Positions 1 to 12,935 of a stretch of DNA of 64,000 nucleotides are shown here, in pieces. Location of the stretch: contig OX597826.1 of the NCBI GenBank assembly GCA_951406725.2, positions 17,608,001-17,672,000 of the forward strand, read 5' to 3'. The stretch's first letter is position 1. Every line of letters starts with the position of its first letter. The DNA is from Octopus vulgaris (Eukaryota). Under the pieces are notes generated by a model. The model ran no database searches, was not told the origin of the DNA, and worked only from the letters and a program-made list of their open reading frames with translations. The position numbers were made by a program, and so were the translations under genes.

Positions 1-50
1 GTATTTTTCGATGTTATTATTATTATTATTATTATTATTCAGGTCACCAC

Positions 51-113
51 GGGCATATGGTGTAGTGGTTAAGAGTGCAGGCTACTAACCCCAAGTTTGA
101 TTCCAGGTAGTGA

Positions 114-158
<45 letters not shown>

Positions 159-351
159 CAGCAACAACATCGAAAAATACCTTCGGGATGAGAACCCAAG
201 TTTGAAATTTCCCCAATACATCCGATGAAGGCTGGTGGGGTATATCAGCCGAAATGTTGTGTTAACAACAAACAAGATGAGGACAAATATCCGTCAAATG
301 TAAATAATGTAAATAATATACATAATTCCTCGTCTCTTAAATACAGAACTG
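51..351 (+). mobile_element. tRNA-headed SINE-like element with (AAT)n and a hammerhead-like motif
   Basis: A box TGGTGTAGTGG (58-68), B-box-like GTTTGATTCC (95-104), (AAT)n tract, hammerhead-like core at 218-262. Bases 1-47 are an inverted copy of 110-180. Confidence 0.6.
218..262 (+). ncRNA. Degenerate minimal type-I hammerhead-like motif (family 1)
   Basis: ACAT-CCGATGA-A-GGCTGGT(loop)ATCAGCC-GAAAT-GTT-GTGT. Two deviations from CUGAUGA...GAAAC. Confidence 0.55.
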
Positions 352-1788
352 TATGTGGATGTTCTATAAGAACAAACATTTAAGTGGGTATAAATATTAT
401 CTCTCCACATTAATACTGCCTGTATAGCTAATATATATTTTCAAATTAATAAATACTTTGTCCTAACATTCCCTTCAGAACAACACTTTCCATGGAAATC
501 TTTTTCCCTCTGTCTATATTTACTCTCCATTCCCTGATCAGCAACAGTTTACAGAATATCAACCTTACCTTGTTGTCTTCTCTCTCTCTCTCTCTCTTAG
601 ACTAGGAAGAGTTTGACCCTTTAGCATTCACTTTATTCGATCAAAAGTAATGCTTATTTGTTCACATTGTTTTGAATTAATCATGCATTATGTTGTAGCT
701 TTGAGATTTTGATGAGGTAACTGTTAATTTTCTCAGTGATATTGTCGGGTTGGTGTGAGAGGCCAGATCTGATTTGTTCAAGCATAAAACAGGTAGAATA
801 TTCTGGCCAGATATGGCTGGTTTAAATGCTAACGTGTCAAACAAGAAGCAGATTTCAAACAGGATGTGAAGAGGAAACTTAATTCACTCTTAAAAAAAAA
901 AAGAAATTTATAAAACCCTCAGAATAATTTATTATCATCACCGTTGACAAGTAAGTATGAGAGAAAGGCTGATTTATTACTTCACCTATGGTACAATAGT
1001 AATGGAAGTATGAGTTAATTCAATTTTTTATTTTGGCTTCTGAAGAGGAAAGAAGAGGTCATTTGAGACTAGTTGGGGTGAGATAGTGGGGGAGAATGAG
1101 GAGCAACACAACTCAATGGTTACTGCAGTAGGAAGTAATGCACCAAGATCAAGATTATCTTAATAAAGGAGATCTGATCTGAATGATTGCAACAGAGTAG
1201 ACTTCATTAGAGCATCAAAAGGCTAAACAGTAGAGTTAAAGTGAGAAATAGATCAGGTCTGTAGTTGGGAAAAACTGGTATAACATGAAATCCACCCTTG
1301 TATTGGAACTCCAAATGAGTGGGCATGCAGTAACATTAACAACAAGAGTGTCTTTAACTTACAGTAGCAGTTCAACTCCATCTGCAGGCAATGGGCAGTG
1401 ATCACTGAGATGAAGACACTTGTAAAGATGACTCTATTGAAGCTATTACAATCTACAGATGGTCTACAGATGAATTCAATGCAAACCAGCCATGAAAAAC
1501 AAACAACGAGGTAGATATAAACAATGAATAATGTTATCATCATCATTGCTGTCATCATTGCTGCCTTCACCACAATCATCATCACCACCACCACCACCAC
1601 CACCACCACATCCATCATCATCATCATCACCTTCACCATTATTACCCAATGCTCCAGTTACTACTGGTATTGTTTTCACCTTCATGCCTCACATTTTGAA
1701 TTCGCCAATTTTATGATCTTTGTACATTGACAATTTCCCCACGTTTTTTTGGGGGCAATATTTTGGTTAGAAGGAGCTGCAATGTCTA

Positions 1789-2968
1789 CAAGGGCCGGCT
1801 GAAAAGTTCATAGGCTGACCAAGATACTCTCACAGAATGTGACCTAATGAGGTTTATCGTACAACATAGTCCCTCTTGCAGTCTGCACACTTCTTCTGTC
1901 AGTGTTGCAGTGCTTTGATCCCATTGCTGAAGAAGCCTTTCACTCTGTTGGTCAAAAAATGTCAACAGCAGACATGACATTATCTCTGTGACACTAGTTC
2001 CCAGCCAAATGTTTTTCATGTTGGGGAACAGAACTTGTCTACTGGAAAATTGTCCTGGTGAAACAAGATCCCTTTCGTCAGTTTCCTGGGTATTCAGTCA
2101 TGATAACCTTTGGTAACTGCCTCAGCAAGTTGGCATAGTACTCTCCATTGATGGTGCAGCCCTTTTGAAGATATTCAATGAACGCAATATTTTTTGCTTC
2201 CCCCAAAACTGAGGCCATCACCTTCCGGGCAGATGAAAAGATCTTGGCCTTCTTTAGAACAACAGGTGAGAAGGGGTGTTTCCACAGCATGGATTGTCTC
2301 TTTGTCTCTGACTCAAAATGATGAAGACAACACTCATCCTGGATTAGGATATGTTCTGCCTTGAACAATGTCAGATTTTCCTGAGATGTGATCAATCTGG
2401 TGTGCTTTTGATTAGGTGTCAGAAGATATGGCACCTACCAAGCAGAAATCTTTGTCATGCTTAGTTCATTGTGACAATATTCTCATCTCTTACACAGGAT
2501 ATGCTAATAGCATTTTCTAGTTAATTCATAGTATATTGCCTGTCATCTCATTCTCCCCTGCCATGTGGTAAACACAATAAGTGTTTCCTTTGGTGGCAGT
2601 AGTTGCAGGATGTCCAGACCATGGGGCATTTTCAAGACTCTCCCTTCCACTCCTAAGTTTTGTTGCTTACTTTTGCACTGTTGACAAAGCTGCAGTGTCA
2701 TCCCCCAATGCAACAACCATGTCAGCTAGAAAGTCATTGGAAGCTAAACCCTTTTTCTGCAGGTACTTGGTAACACCACAATGTCAATTTTCAAGAGAAG
2801 TCGCAACTAGTTACTTTTGAAGTCTACTTTGAAGAGTCAGTTGTCAGTTTACCTGTAAAGAAACAATGCAGTTATTAATACGGAGAGTTGAAGTTAATGC
2901 GTACCGGATATCACAGCTCTAGCATCACTCCTTTATAGTTAACCTATGAACTTTACAGCCCACTCTTG
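1789..2968 (-). mobile_element. Decayed mariner transposon
   Basis: Imperfect TIRs (CAAGGGCCGGCTGAAAAGTTCATAGG vs CAAGAGTGGGCTGTAAAGTTCATAGG). Transposase motifs IQDECCLHHFESETKRQSMLWKH, KVMASV, INGEYYANLL. Confidence 0.9.
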
Positions 2969-4956
2969 TCTCAATAAGCAGCTGGGGTTTTTTCCAGTCC
3001 TCGATTATCATGTTTGGGTGAGCTTTGATTTATTTGTCAGTTTATTATTTTTTTGTTTCTTATGTAGTTGTTGCTTTGTTTTATACAAGATGTTCCAAGT
3101 CTCACCCAAAGACCTCAAGTAACAGCAAGCTGGATGTTTTACTCTGGGTGTTATTAATGATTAGCAAAGGTATATTTTAAGTAAAATTCTGTTAAATTTG
3201 TAATATTTCAGTTTTGAAAGAATTTTAAGAGATTCAGGTATTTTCAAGTTGATAATGTTTTTCTTAGGATGTGAGCTGTACCCCATGAGAAAATTATTTA
3301 TAGTTCTGATACTTTGGGTTTTCCTGTTATTTGGCCATAGTGTTTAAGAGTGCCAGTTGGCATTGTCCTCTTACAACCATAGTTGTTGTAAGATACCACA
3401 TTTATGAAACCTCTACCTGAAGACCCTTGAATTTATTTAATTTTTGAAATGCTTTTATAGATGTGTTGCAATCTGCTGGGACTGACATACCTGTGAGCAG
3501 ACATGATTTCATGGCATGATTTTTTTACCACAATATCTGGTCTATTGGCCTGAATAGCATGATCAATTTGAATACTGAAGTTCCAAAGAATGATGATATC
3601 TTTATTTTCTGCTACTTTGACAGGTTTATATTCCTACCAGTTCTTTTCATATAAGTGTTCAAACTTACTGCATATGATTCCAGTGCAACTACTGACCAAG
3701 TCTATCCTTTCATTTGGAGCATCCAGAGATGAAGTGTTCAATTCTTCCTCTGGCTATGCCACAAAAGCGGCAGGTGAGATCAGCCCCATTTTTAAGAATG
3801 ATAGCTTGGTAGTTTCCAGTAGGCAAACTCTGATCCTGAGCTGTTATAATGAAACCTTTGTTTCCAATTGAAGTCCAGATGCAGTCAAACGTTGATGGAT
3901 CATATTTTTATCAACATTAGGATGACTGGCCATTGTAGGCTATCTGCCATGCAATGCCTTACACTTCCATCTATTTTGCAGATCTGAGATTCTATTTGAT
4001 TTCTCTTGGTTATTTTTCTATCTGTATTTTGCTATCACAGTGTGTTGCTCCATTTCTTCTGGTTGTGCCTCTCAGATCTAAGTCCTTTACATATTTCTTT
4101 GTTGTTGTTGTTGTTGTCATTAAGGTGATGAGCCGATAGAACTGTTATCATGCCAGACAAGATTCTCAGTAGCATTTCATCCATCTTTAAGTTCTGATTT
4201 TAAATTCCACCAAGGTAGAACTTTGCCTTTCAGGGTCAATAAAATAAGTACTAGTTGAGCACTGGGGGTCAATGAAATCGACTTGACCCCCTCCCCCAAA
4301 ATTGCCTACCTTGTGCCAAAATTTGAAACCATTATTATTGTTGTTGTTTTATTTTTATAATTGACTCTGGTAGTGTGAAGTTGACTTTTATTTCCCCTTC
4401 AAATTATGTTTTATTCAAGCATTACCAAATGAAATTTTCTTTTTAGTACTTCAAAAATGACCTATAATTACCTAAAGAAAGGGTTGCCTTCAGTATCCAG
4501 GGGTAGACAAAAGAAAAAGAAGTTTCATGAACTTTAAAACTTTTATTTGTACACATTAAATTTATGCATCAAAAATGGCGACCACACATAAAAATGCCAC
4601 CCAATAAAACAACACAATGCCTAAAACAAATAACTAAATTTACAAAAAGAAGATGAAAATGAATTATATAGAGAATAATTAATAGAAAAAAATTGTCCCA
4701 AAAGCTCAAAGAAGTAATTTGGAAGGCAGCAACAGTTAGCAACAACAACAGTTGTATGATTCCAAATATATGACCCACTCAAATAGCAGCTGTGTGAAAA
4801 CAAATATTCTATCAAAGGAGAAGACAAATGAATAGATAGAATTACTTGATTTGTCACAACTGAAAAAAAAAAAAAAAAAAACTGTGGGTAAGAAAATTTT
4901 GTAAAATCTAGCAGCATTGTTTGGCCACAGGAGATAGTCTAGGGAAGGGCAAAGAT

Positions 4957-5007
<51 letters not shown>

Positions 5008-6859
5008 ACTTGCAAAAAGGTGGAAGTGGATTAAATTTCCCCTTTGTGACAAGTGAAGCATCAAACCTTCCAGGACTTATTGACAGAAATTATGTAAAGT
5101 CAAAAGCTATGGTACTATTTGCTGTACTTTTGAAACCAAAAACAGCCAAAACACAGGTGGAAATTATCAGACATACCTCTGACCTTGTGCCCCAGTACAA
5201 GGGCCAGAGAAACATAAGAGTCACAAGAGATAATGGAAAGAGCTAGACCCAAGGCTTGAGTGACTTTTGTGTTGTAGTATGGGAGAGAGATGTAAAAGCA
5301 GGCTTAACAAATGTTGAACTTGCAAGTCTTAATGACCCCTAATGACCACAGAGCCGCACCAGAACTATGTCCATAGAAGAAACCGAGGCAAATGATATGA
5401 GATTAATGACACAAAGTAGAAAACTTGTTATATTTGTCAGAGTAAAACATGCCTCAAAGTGGAATGCCTTGCAGAACTGTGAAGATTAAATAAATCAAGG
5501 TAAATGAAAATAATGAAAATCAAAAGCAACAACAAAAGGAACAACCTCTAATTTTCAGAATACCATTGTGCAAAAATCAGGGACAGAAAAGGAAATATAT
5601 TTAAGTCCAATATCATAGGCAGTTGAGCAAATTCCTTGTCCACTAATCCTACCAACATTCTCTGTATGATGACAAAAATAATAAGAAAATCTGAAGAGAA
5701 GAAGAGGAAAAGGTTACAGGAAAGAGACAGAACATAAGACAATGAGAACAAGTGAGGCGGAACAATGTTTTTTTCTAAATAACTATGAAATCCCTTCTCA
5801 AGTAAATAATGACAAAAATGCAGAAAGCAAAGAGGAACTAAATTTCACCATTCTTTGAAATTCAGACAAACAGTTAATTGACAAAATTATCCATTTTTGG
5901 TGTCCTGAATTTTTCTAAGAAATTCTAATGACATAAAAACTGCTGGATTCATAATATAAACAACATGCCGAAAATAGATTGCAAATAAAACTAAATTTAA
6001 GACGTTACAGTAATCACTTGTCATATTGTGGTTCACCTTTCGTGCCCTCAGTACATCACAGATTTTTCTAGCTAATATATGTAAATTTATATCACAGACT
6101 CCTTGGTATATTATGGGTTTCTGCAGTGGATAGGTATTTATATTTTTTTAGATTTTAATTATTGTGGTAAAATAAGCATTTTCATGCTTAAAAATTAATA
6201 AATTAACAAATAAAAATACAGTCCTGCACTATATAACACATTAATTAAAATATATTTAAAGAAAATATATAGTGTGTCGTAGATGAGTAAAGAAAGAATC
6301 GCACATACTGTATGGAAAATGAAACTCGAGAGGTGCGTGTATGGTGTTATTTTGCATTTATAACAAAATAAATATATATACAAATTATAAGAATAATTTT
6401 AAAAATATACAGTACTGTTTCTACTTTGAGGATTTTCACCTGTCATGGGTGTGGGTTTGGAACGTAACACCTGTAAATAGTCAAGGGATTACTGTATATA
6501 AAATTAAAAATGAATACCTTCAAGATGTTACTGTTTTTCCGCATCAAATAACCACCAAAATTATTGGATGGTGCATTTGGTAACATTGTAAAAGTTGTTA
6601 AGTAAAAGATTTGGTGTATCCAACTCAACCAGCAAGTAAACATTCATGTTATATTCCTCTGAATTATATCTTGTTTTAATTATTGTGTGTTATTGTACTT
6701 ATCAATTTATTTCAGTGCGAATATGTATGCATACACGAATGTGCATGTATGCATATGTATGTATGTGTGTGGGTGGGTGAGTGTGTGTGTGTGTGGGGGG
6801 GTGCAACTTTAAGATTTCTATTGCATTGTATAACATCTCTTACTCTATTCTCTTTGAAG

Positions 6860-6985
6860 GAGGGACAACTGCCTAACAACAATGATGCTTCTTCTGAGAA
6901 TGATAATGAAGAAGATGGAGAAAAGGATGAAGAATTGTTAATTCCCTGTCCTTCAAAAAAAATCAAACCAGCCACCAACCAATAA
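6860..6985 (+). CDS. Candidate terminal exon of an unidentified gene (acidic tail with NLS-like motif)
   Basis: Acceptor ctcttactctattctctttgaag precedes EGQLPNNNDASSENDNEEDGEKDEELLIPCPSKKIKPATNQ*. AATAAA overlaps the stop codon (6981-6986). No homolog recognised. Confidence 0.4.
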   Translation, partial: EGQLPNNNDASSENDNEEDGEKDEELLIPCPSKKIKPATNQ

Positions 6986-7936
6986 AATCATGTATTTGTG
7001 GTGCCAGAGACATTCTGTTAAGATAAAAATGATAAAGGTGCAGATACATTTAACATATAGGGAACACATGAAGACAGAGTGTTAGTAAAAGCAAAAAAAA
7101 AAGGCATTATAGCAAACTGAATACCCCTATTTGAAGACATGGGTGTTTATTTACCCCAACTGCTCGAGACAAAAACATACAGGCTAAATTTGACAGATAA
7201 GGGTGTAGGATGCTCTAACCCAACCTAGTCAGAAGTTTATTTTCATGCTTTATTTCCTTGTTTAAATAACTGAGTGTTTTATTGTACTTATTTTTCATTT
7301 GTTTTTATGCAAATATTTATCGATTTATAGATTGTATAACATTTTCCCCACGTTCCTTCACTTTGTATTTTTCTGTGCTTTTTCAAGCTCCTGTGGTTGT
7401 GAGCTGGTAGAATCACTAGCATGCTAGACGAAATGCTTAGCAGAATTTCACTCATCAATATATTCTGAGTTCAAATTCCATCGAGGTCGACTTTGCCTTT
7501 CATCCTTTTAGATTTGATAAATTAAGTACCAGTTATGCACTGGGGTCAATGTAACTGACTAGTCCCCTCCTTCCAAATTTCAAGCCTTGTGCCTTTAGTA
7601 GAAAGGCTTATTATTATCATTATTACTATTATTATTTTAAAGGGCTGACGTAACTCTTCACAAAGATAAATAGACAATATGAAGAGTGTGATGCGATTGG
7701 TTGAACGATATTTCAATAGCTTACTGTGGAAATATTGTTCAACCAATAAAATATTTATTGCAATCGCTTCACACTCTTCACATCATCATCATCATTATTA
7801 AAAAGGCAGTGCGTTGGCAGAATTGTTAGAATGCTGGGTAAAACACTTAGCAGCATTTTGTCTGAAACATTGGGGTCAATATAATCAACTAGTCCCTTCC
7901 TCACAAATTTCAGGCTTTGTGCTTTAGTGGAAAAGG

Positions 7937-7937
<1 letters not shown>

Positions 7938-8019
<82 letters not shown>
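7938..8019. repeat. (ATT)n microsatellite
   Basis: Direct inspection. Other simple repeats include 1537-1630 (CAT/CAC)n and (TA)n at 4960-5023, 9052-9116 and 38136-38202. Confidence 0.95.
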
Positions 8020-8254
8020 CTTCTTTCAATTTTGTTTCCATTTCTTGCCGAGTATCTTCCCAACACCTAAAGCAAAGAAACTCATTGTATACATTGGTCA
8101 TCCATTAAAATAAGCACACCAGAAGTTTGTTCGTTTACAAAGTCATGAGATAGAAGAAAAGGGGAAAGAACTACAGAGAGAAAAAGAAGTAAAAAAAAAA
8201 GAAGAAAAAATGAAAATAAGAAAACAAAGAAAATAAAGTGGAGGGGAGAAAGAA

Positions 8255-8870
8255 AAATCACAGCAACAATGCTCTTCTCAGTACATGTGATGTGCCAGTT
8301 AAGACAATCTTTTGCACTTCCTGCATGGATGATAAGCCATCCTCAAATAATTTCAGTTCCTTTTTTTGATCATTCCAAGTACTCCTAAAATCACTGGTAT
8401 TGTAAACTGCCTTGAGATGCCACATTATTTCAGTTTCAATCAGCAAATCTTCATATTTTCTGAGCTTATCACATTCTTTTGCTTAGATATTACGGTCACA
8501 AGGTATGCTCATATGAATGAATAAACAGATTTTATTGTGTTAGCCTTTCACAACAATATCTGGTTTATTAGTTTTGGTGATCCAGTTTGTATGTACTAGA
8601 AAGCCCCAAAGAATCATAACATTTTCTCCTTCAGTTACAGCCTTAGGGTGGTACCTGTATCATTTGTCAGAACTTTTCACTTTATAATACTGACATATTT
8701 AACTAGTGTAGATATTGACCAACTCTGTCATGTCTTCATTTATACTCTACTGGTGCTAAAACCTTACACCCAGAGATTAAATGGTCCACTGTTTCAATTT
8801 CATCTTTGCAGTATCAGCACTTTGGGTCTACTCCATTTACATCACACTGGCTTGGTAGTTCTGGGTTAAG
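8255..8870 (-). mobile_element. Decayed R4/Dong-like (RLE endonuclease) LINE fragment
   Basis: KPDIVVK-like motif near 8550 and terminal SMQEVQKIVLTGTSHVLRRAL. Related pieces at about 1640-1730 (IPVVTGALG), 3430-4090 and 11200-11500. Confidence 0.6.
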
Positions 8871-9056
8871 ATGCTCTGATCTTGGGCAGCTAAGATAAAG
8901 CCTTCACTCTCTGCTTTTAGCCCTGAGCTCTGTAGCTAGTGATAGGTGTGCTTTTGGTCTACATGACCTTGTTTGTTATGGGGTTCATATTTGCCATTGC
9001 TAAGGGCTACAAAAGAAAAGAAAATTCAACACACAAATATCAGTGTGTGTATATAT

Positions 9057-9119
<63 letters not shown>

Positions 9120-9981
9120 CAGAGTATCATATATCCAAAAAGAAGCACACTCTAAAACATAGAGCAGTAATGTATCTATATGCAGTTAAGTATATGTCTG
9201 GTCATAGTGACCAATGGTTTTTCCATCCACAAAGGCTTTAGCCCTATGAATGTTTTGTCAGACTCTAAAGCTGCAGACAAATGTAACTCTTCACCTCTGG
9301 GAGGCAGGAATTCGTTACAGTCCTTTGGTTAGGAAAAATAATCTGGGGTCAGTGAGGATTGTTTATATACAGTAGACCAATTTTTTGTGGTCCAAAAGAG
9401 GGGGAACAAGGGATTAATCCCTTGGGCTGCTTTTGGATTGTGAGGACCCTTAAGGATCTAATTGGAGAATGGAGAATCCTATGCTTGCAGCAGGTAGCTT
9501 TTGAAATGGATGCAAGAATGGTAAATTTCCTGGCAAGTGTTCAGTGGTCCAGGTTTCAGGAGGTCTTTGAGTATTCTTGCTTGCTCAGCTATACAAAGCT
9601 TGCAGTGTTTGCTCCCATTAATGTAGCATCCCTGCTGCTCTAAGATCCTCCACCTGATATTGTGTAGCATTGCTTGAAGGCCAAAGGACCTGATTAGCCC
9701 CTAGACCCCATGGGACTCAAAATTACTATTGAGACGAACATCAGATCCTTTGGCCTCCAAGCAATGCTTCTACAACTACAGGTCCTCTTTCAGAATTCTG
9801 GAAAGACATTTCTCACATCCTTGGCCATCCACATGTGGTCCCTCAAAAGTGAAGGGACCCCATATGCATGGGGCTGCAAACCCTACTCTTTTCGATCGAA
9901 GGCATATATGCCCCAATATTAGGCTATTTACCTTAGTCAATGCATGGTAATTGCTTACAAGCTTTAAGCTTATAAAATATT

Positions 9982-10194
9982 CATTTCTTTATTGCTCACA
10001 AGGGGCTAAACATAGAGGGGAAAAACAAGGACAGACAAAGGGATTAAGTTGATTACATCGACTCCAGTGCTTCGCCCTGAAAGAATAAAAGGCAAAGTTG
10101 ACTTTGGCGGAATTTGAACTCAGAACGTAATGGCAGATGAAATACCATAGGAGCACCTCACCTGGTGTGCTAACGCTTCTGCCAGCTCGCTGCC
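9982..10194 (-). mobile_element. SINE family B with a perfect 17-bp TSD
   Basis: TAAGCTTATAAAATATT at 9965-9981 and 10195-10211. Confidence 0.88.
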
Positions 10195-10868
10195 TAAGCT
10201 TATAAAATATTATCATTATTATTTACAGATTGTAAAATTTGGCACCATTTACCAAATAATTGCATATATATATATATATATATATAAAATTAACAGAATG
10301 AGATAAAAAATCTAAGGCTGTGAATAGTTTTCAGAACATTTATAAAGAGGTCTTACAACTTGTTTCTGGGATATTTTATATACCCCTTCATGAGAGAAGG
10401 TGTGAGAAAATGTTTAAGTAATAGTTATTATAGAGAAGATATGAAATACAGAGTGAAGTGGAGGAAAAACAGAGCCCATTGTCTTAAACACATATTTGAC
10501 CTCTGCTGTGGGGAGTGCCTGCTCCTTTTGTGTTTTGATCTCACAGAAATGCAAAGTCCCATTGTTGATCTCCTTGTCATCATCTGCTGAACCTGTTTAC
10601 AGACTGGTGGTATTTGGCTGTGTCCACCAAGCTGCTTCTCTTCCTCCTACTATCTACCCACCAGCCCTCACATATTCATGATTATCTCAAGTACAAGGCA
10701 AAAGTCAAAACTAAACAACATTTAATAATACTTTGCAGTGGTAGGAACAAAGCTGATAGACTTGGCTAATTTTGTAGCAGCTCATAACAATGATGATAAC
10801 AGCTACACTGTTACCATGGCTACAAAGATTAGCTGCAGTGATACAAGCCATGATGGTATTGGAGCTAA

Positions 10869-11097
10869 GGTGGCGAGCTGGCAGAAACGTTAGCACACCA
10901 GGCGAAATGCGTAGCCGTATTTCGTCTGCCGTTACGTTCTGAGTTCAAATTCCACTGAGGTTGACTTTGCCTTTCATCCTTTCGGGGTCAATAAATTAAG
11001 TACTAGTTACACACTGGGGTCGATGTAATCGACTTAATACCTGTCTGTCCTTGTTTGTCCCCTCTATGTTTAGCTCCCTGTGGGTAATAAAGAAAGA
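10869..11097 (+). mobile_element. SINE family B (Nin/Deu-domain-like core) with TSD
   Basis: GGTGGCGAGCTGGCAGAAACGTTAGC...GAGTTCAAATTCC...GACTTTGCCTTTCATCCTTTCGGGGTC. TSD GGTATTGG(A/T)GCTAA at 10855-10868 and 11098-11111. Confidence 0.88.
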
Positions 11098-11503
11098 GGT
11101 ATTGGTGCTAACGATGGACATTACTGCTGTAACGGTAAGGTCGAAGTAATTGTAATGGTAATAATGGCAGAGATACTAACGATCTCTCTACATCTGATAC
11201 ATGGGGCTCAATACTAATCCTTTTGATGTAGCACAAAAATGTTTTACAAAGCAAAAAGGGAATCTACAACAGGACACCAAATCACTTGTCCTATGGTTAA
11301 TCTGGAAGAATGTCTTCCAGGAGAGAGAGCCAGCCTGGAGTCAAAAAGTCATCCACTGGCACAAACTCTTCTCTGAATATGAATATGGGAGGCCACTTGA
11401 ATGGGAACTGTCCCAACTTGAGCCCTCCAAGTACACCACCACAGAAAGAAAAATGTAAGAGGATCAAATGGACCTGAGAAGAGTAAACAGAAGTCATAAA
11501 TGC

Positions 11504-11543
<40 letters not shown>

Positions 11544-12935
11544 GAAGGTGGTGAGCTGGCACAATTGTTAGCGTGCCGGGTGAAATGTCTAGCTACATTT
11601 TGTGTGTTTTTACATTCTGGATTCGAATGTGGCCAGGCTAAACGTTGCCTTCCATCTTTCAAGGGTCAATAAAATAAGTACAAGTTGAGCACTGGGTCAA
11701 TTTAATTGACTTAGCTTCAACCGCAAAATTGCTGGCCTTGTGCCAAAATCTGAGATCATTATTATAATTATTATTGTGGTTATTTTAGATGATGTGGAAT
11801 TCATGATGATGATGGAAAGAAGTTTCTGAAATATGTTATATAATAAGAATTCAAACTACCCTCACACCAAATTAATACTAACAAGCAGCAAAATTAAATG
11901 AAACAGTGGATAGAGAATAAAAAAAAACCCAAAACAAACAGATAGCATTAACCCAATAAGAGTAGGCAAAACATACCCAGATAATTGGAACATCTCTGAC
12001 ATCACAAATTAAATAATCCCTGATTATAAACTGAGTACAGAATAAATATTTCAATTATCAATGTTATGTTATCACACCCAGCTACCACGCATTTTTAAAC
12101 AACTTTTATTCTTATATTTTTGTAATGATGATGAATAAAGATAATGGCCCTGGTTCATGCATATTACAGATGCTAGTTTCATCAATATATAGTACATAAG
12201 AGGCAAATTTTCTATCATATTCAGGAGGTGGTTTTATAACTGAAATTTGAGGACAGTATGGTACCAAAATAAACAAGCTTGAAGCATCACTCAAATATGT
12301 TGTTCAATCATTTGTTATAATAGCATTTATTCTGTTGAAACAACAAATTTTCAATATGAACACTTAGCCTTCTTCAGAGAGAATATGATTTCAATTTAGA
12401 AAGACAAGGTACAAACTATTCAACCTGCTGTTTTGCCATTTGTAGCTGACCCTCAGCAGTGAGCCTGCCTTCTCTTTTATCTTTTTGTTGTTTCACACAT
12501 TGTACTACAGTAATCTAGGGCACTGCCACGAAAGGCTTAGCCACACAAATCAACTCCAGTTTCTTATGCCAAACTGCTAAGAAATGGGATGTAAACAAAC
12601 CAACACCAGTTGTCAAGCATTGTAATTATTTTAGTCTCCAGTGCTGATGAAAAATTTCCTAAAAAATTATAATGGATTATCCTGTATGTAGGAAATCTAT
12701 ATGGTTGTATGCACTCGAAGAGAGTGGTTTATTTCAAATTGATGTAATGTTTGCATTCATCGATTAAATGGAGTTGCTTGAAATGGGCATAATGCACTGA
12801 TACCTGGACATCTTTGTCACATATTTGCTTTTTATTCAGCTAATTTTGAGCTGTGCAGACAATATCGGAAGGGCTTGGTGTCTCAGCTTAAGTACCTAAT
12901 TCAACTGAATCTGAATTATTTCTTATATATATATA

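Noticed and set aside
51-112. Functional tRNA genes here and at 28417, 54115 and 59864
   Set aside because: Incomplete cloverleafs that run into SINE bodies; these are SINE heads.
4560-6030. Coding-like purine-rich stretch (also 53450-54060 on minus)
   Set aside because: Stops in all frames and no recognisable domain; probably a decayed LINE ORF1, too weak to call.
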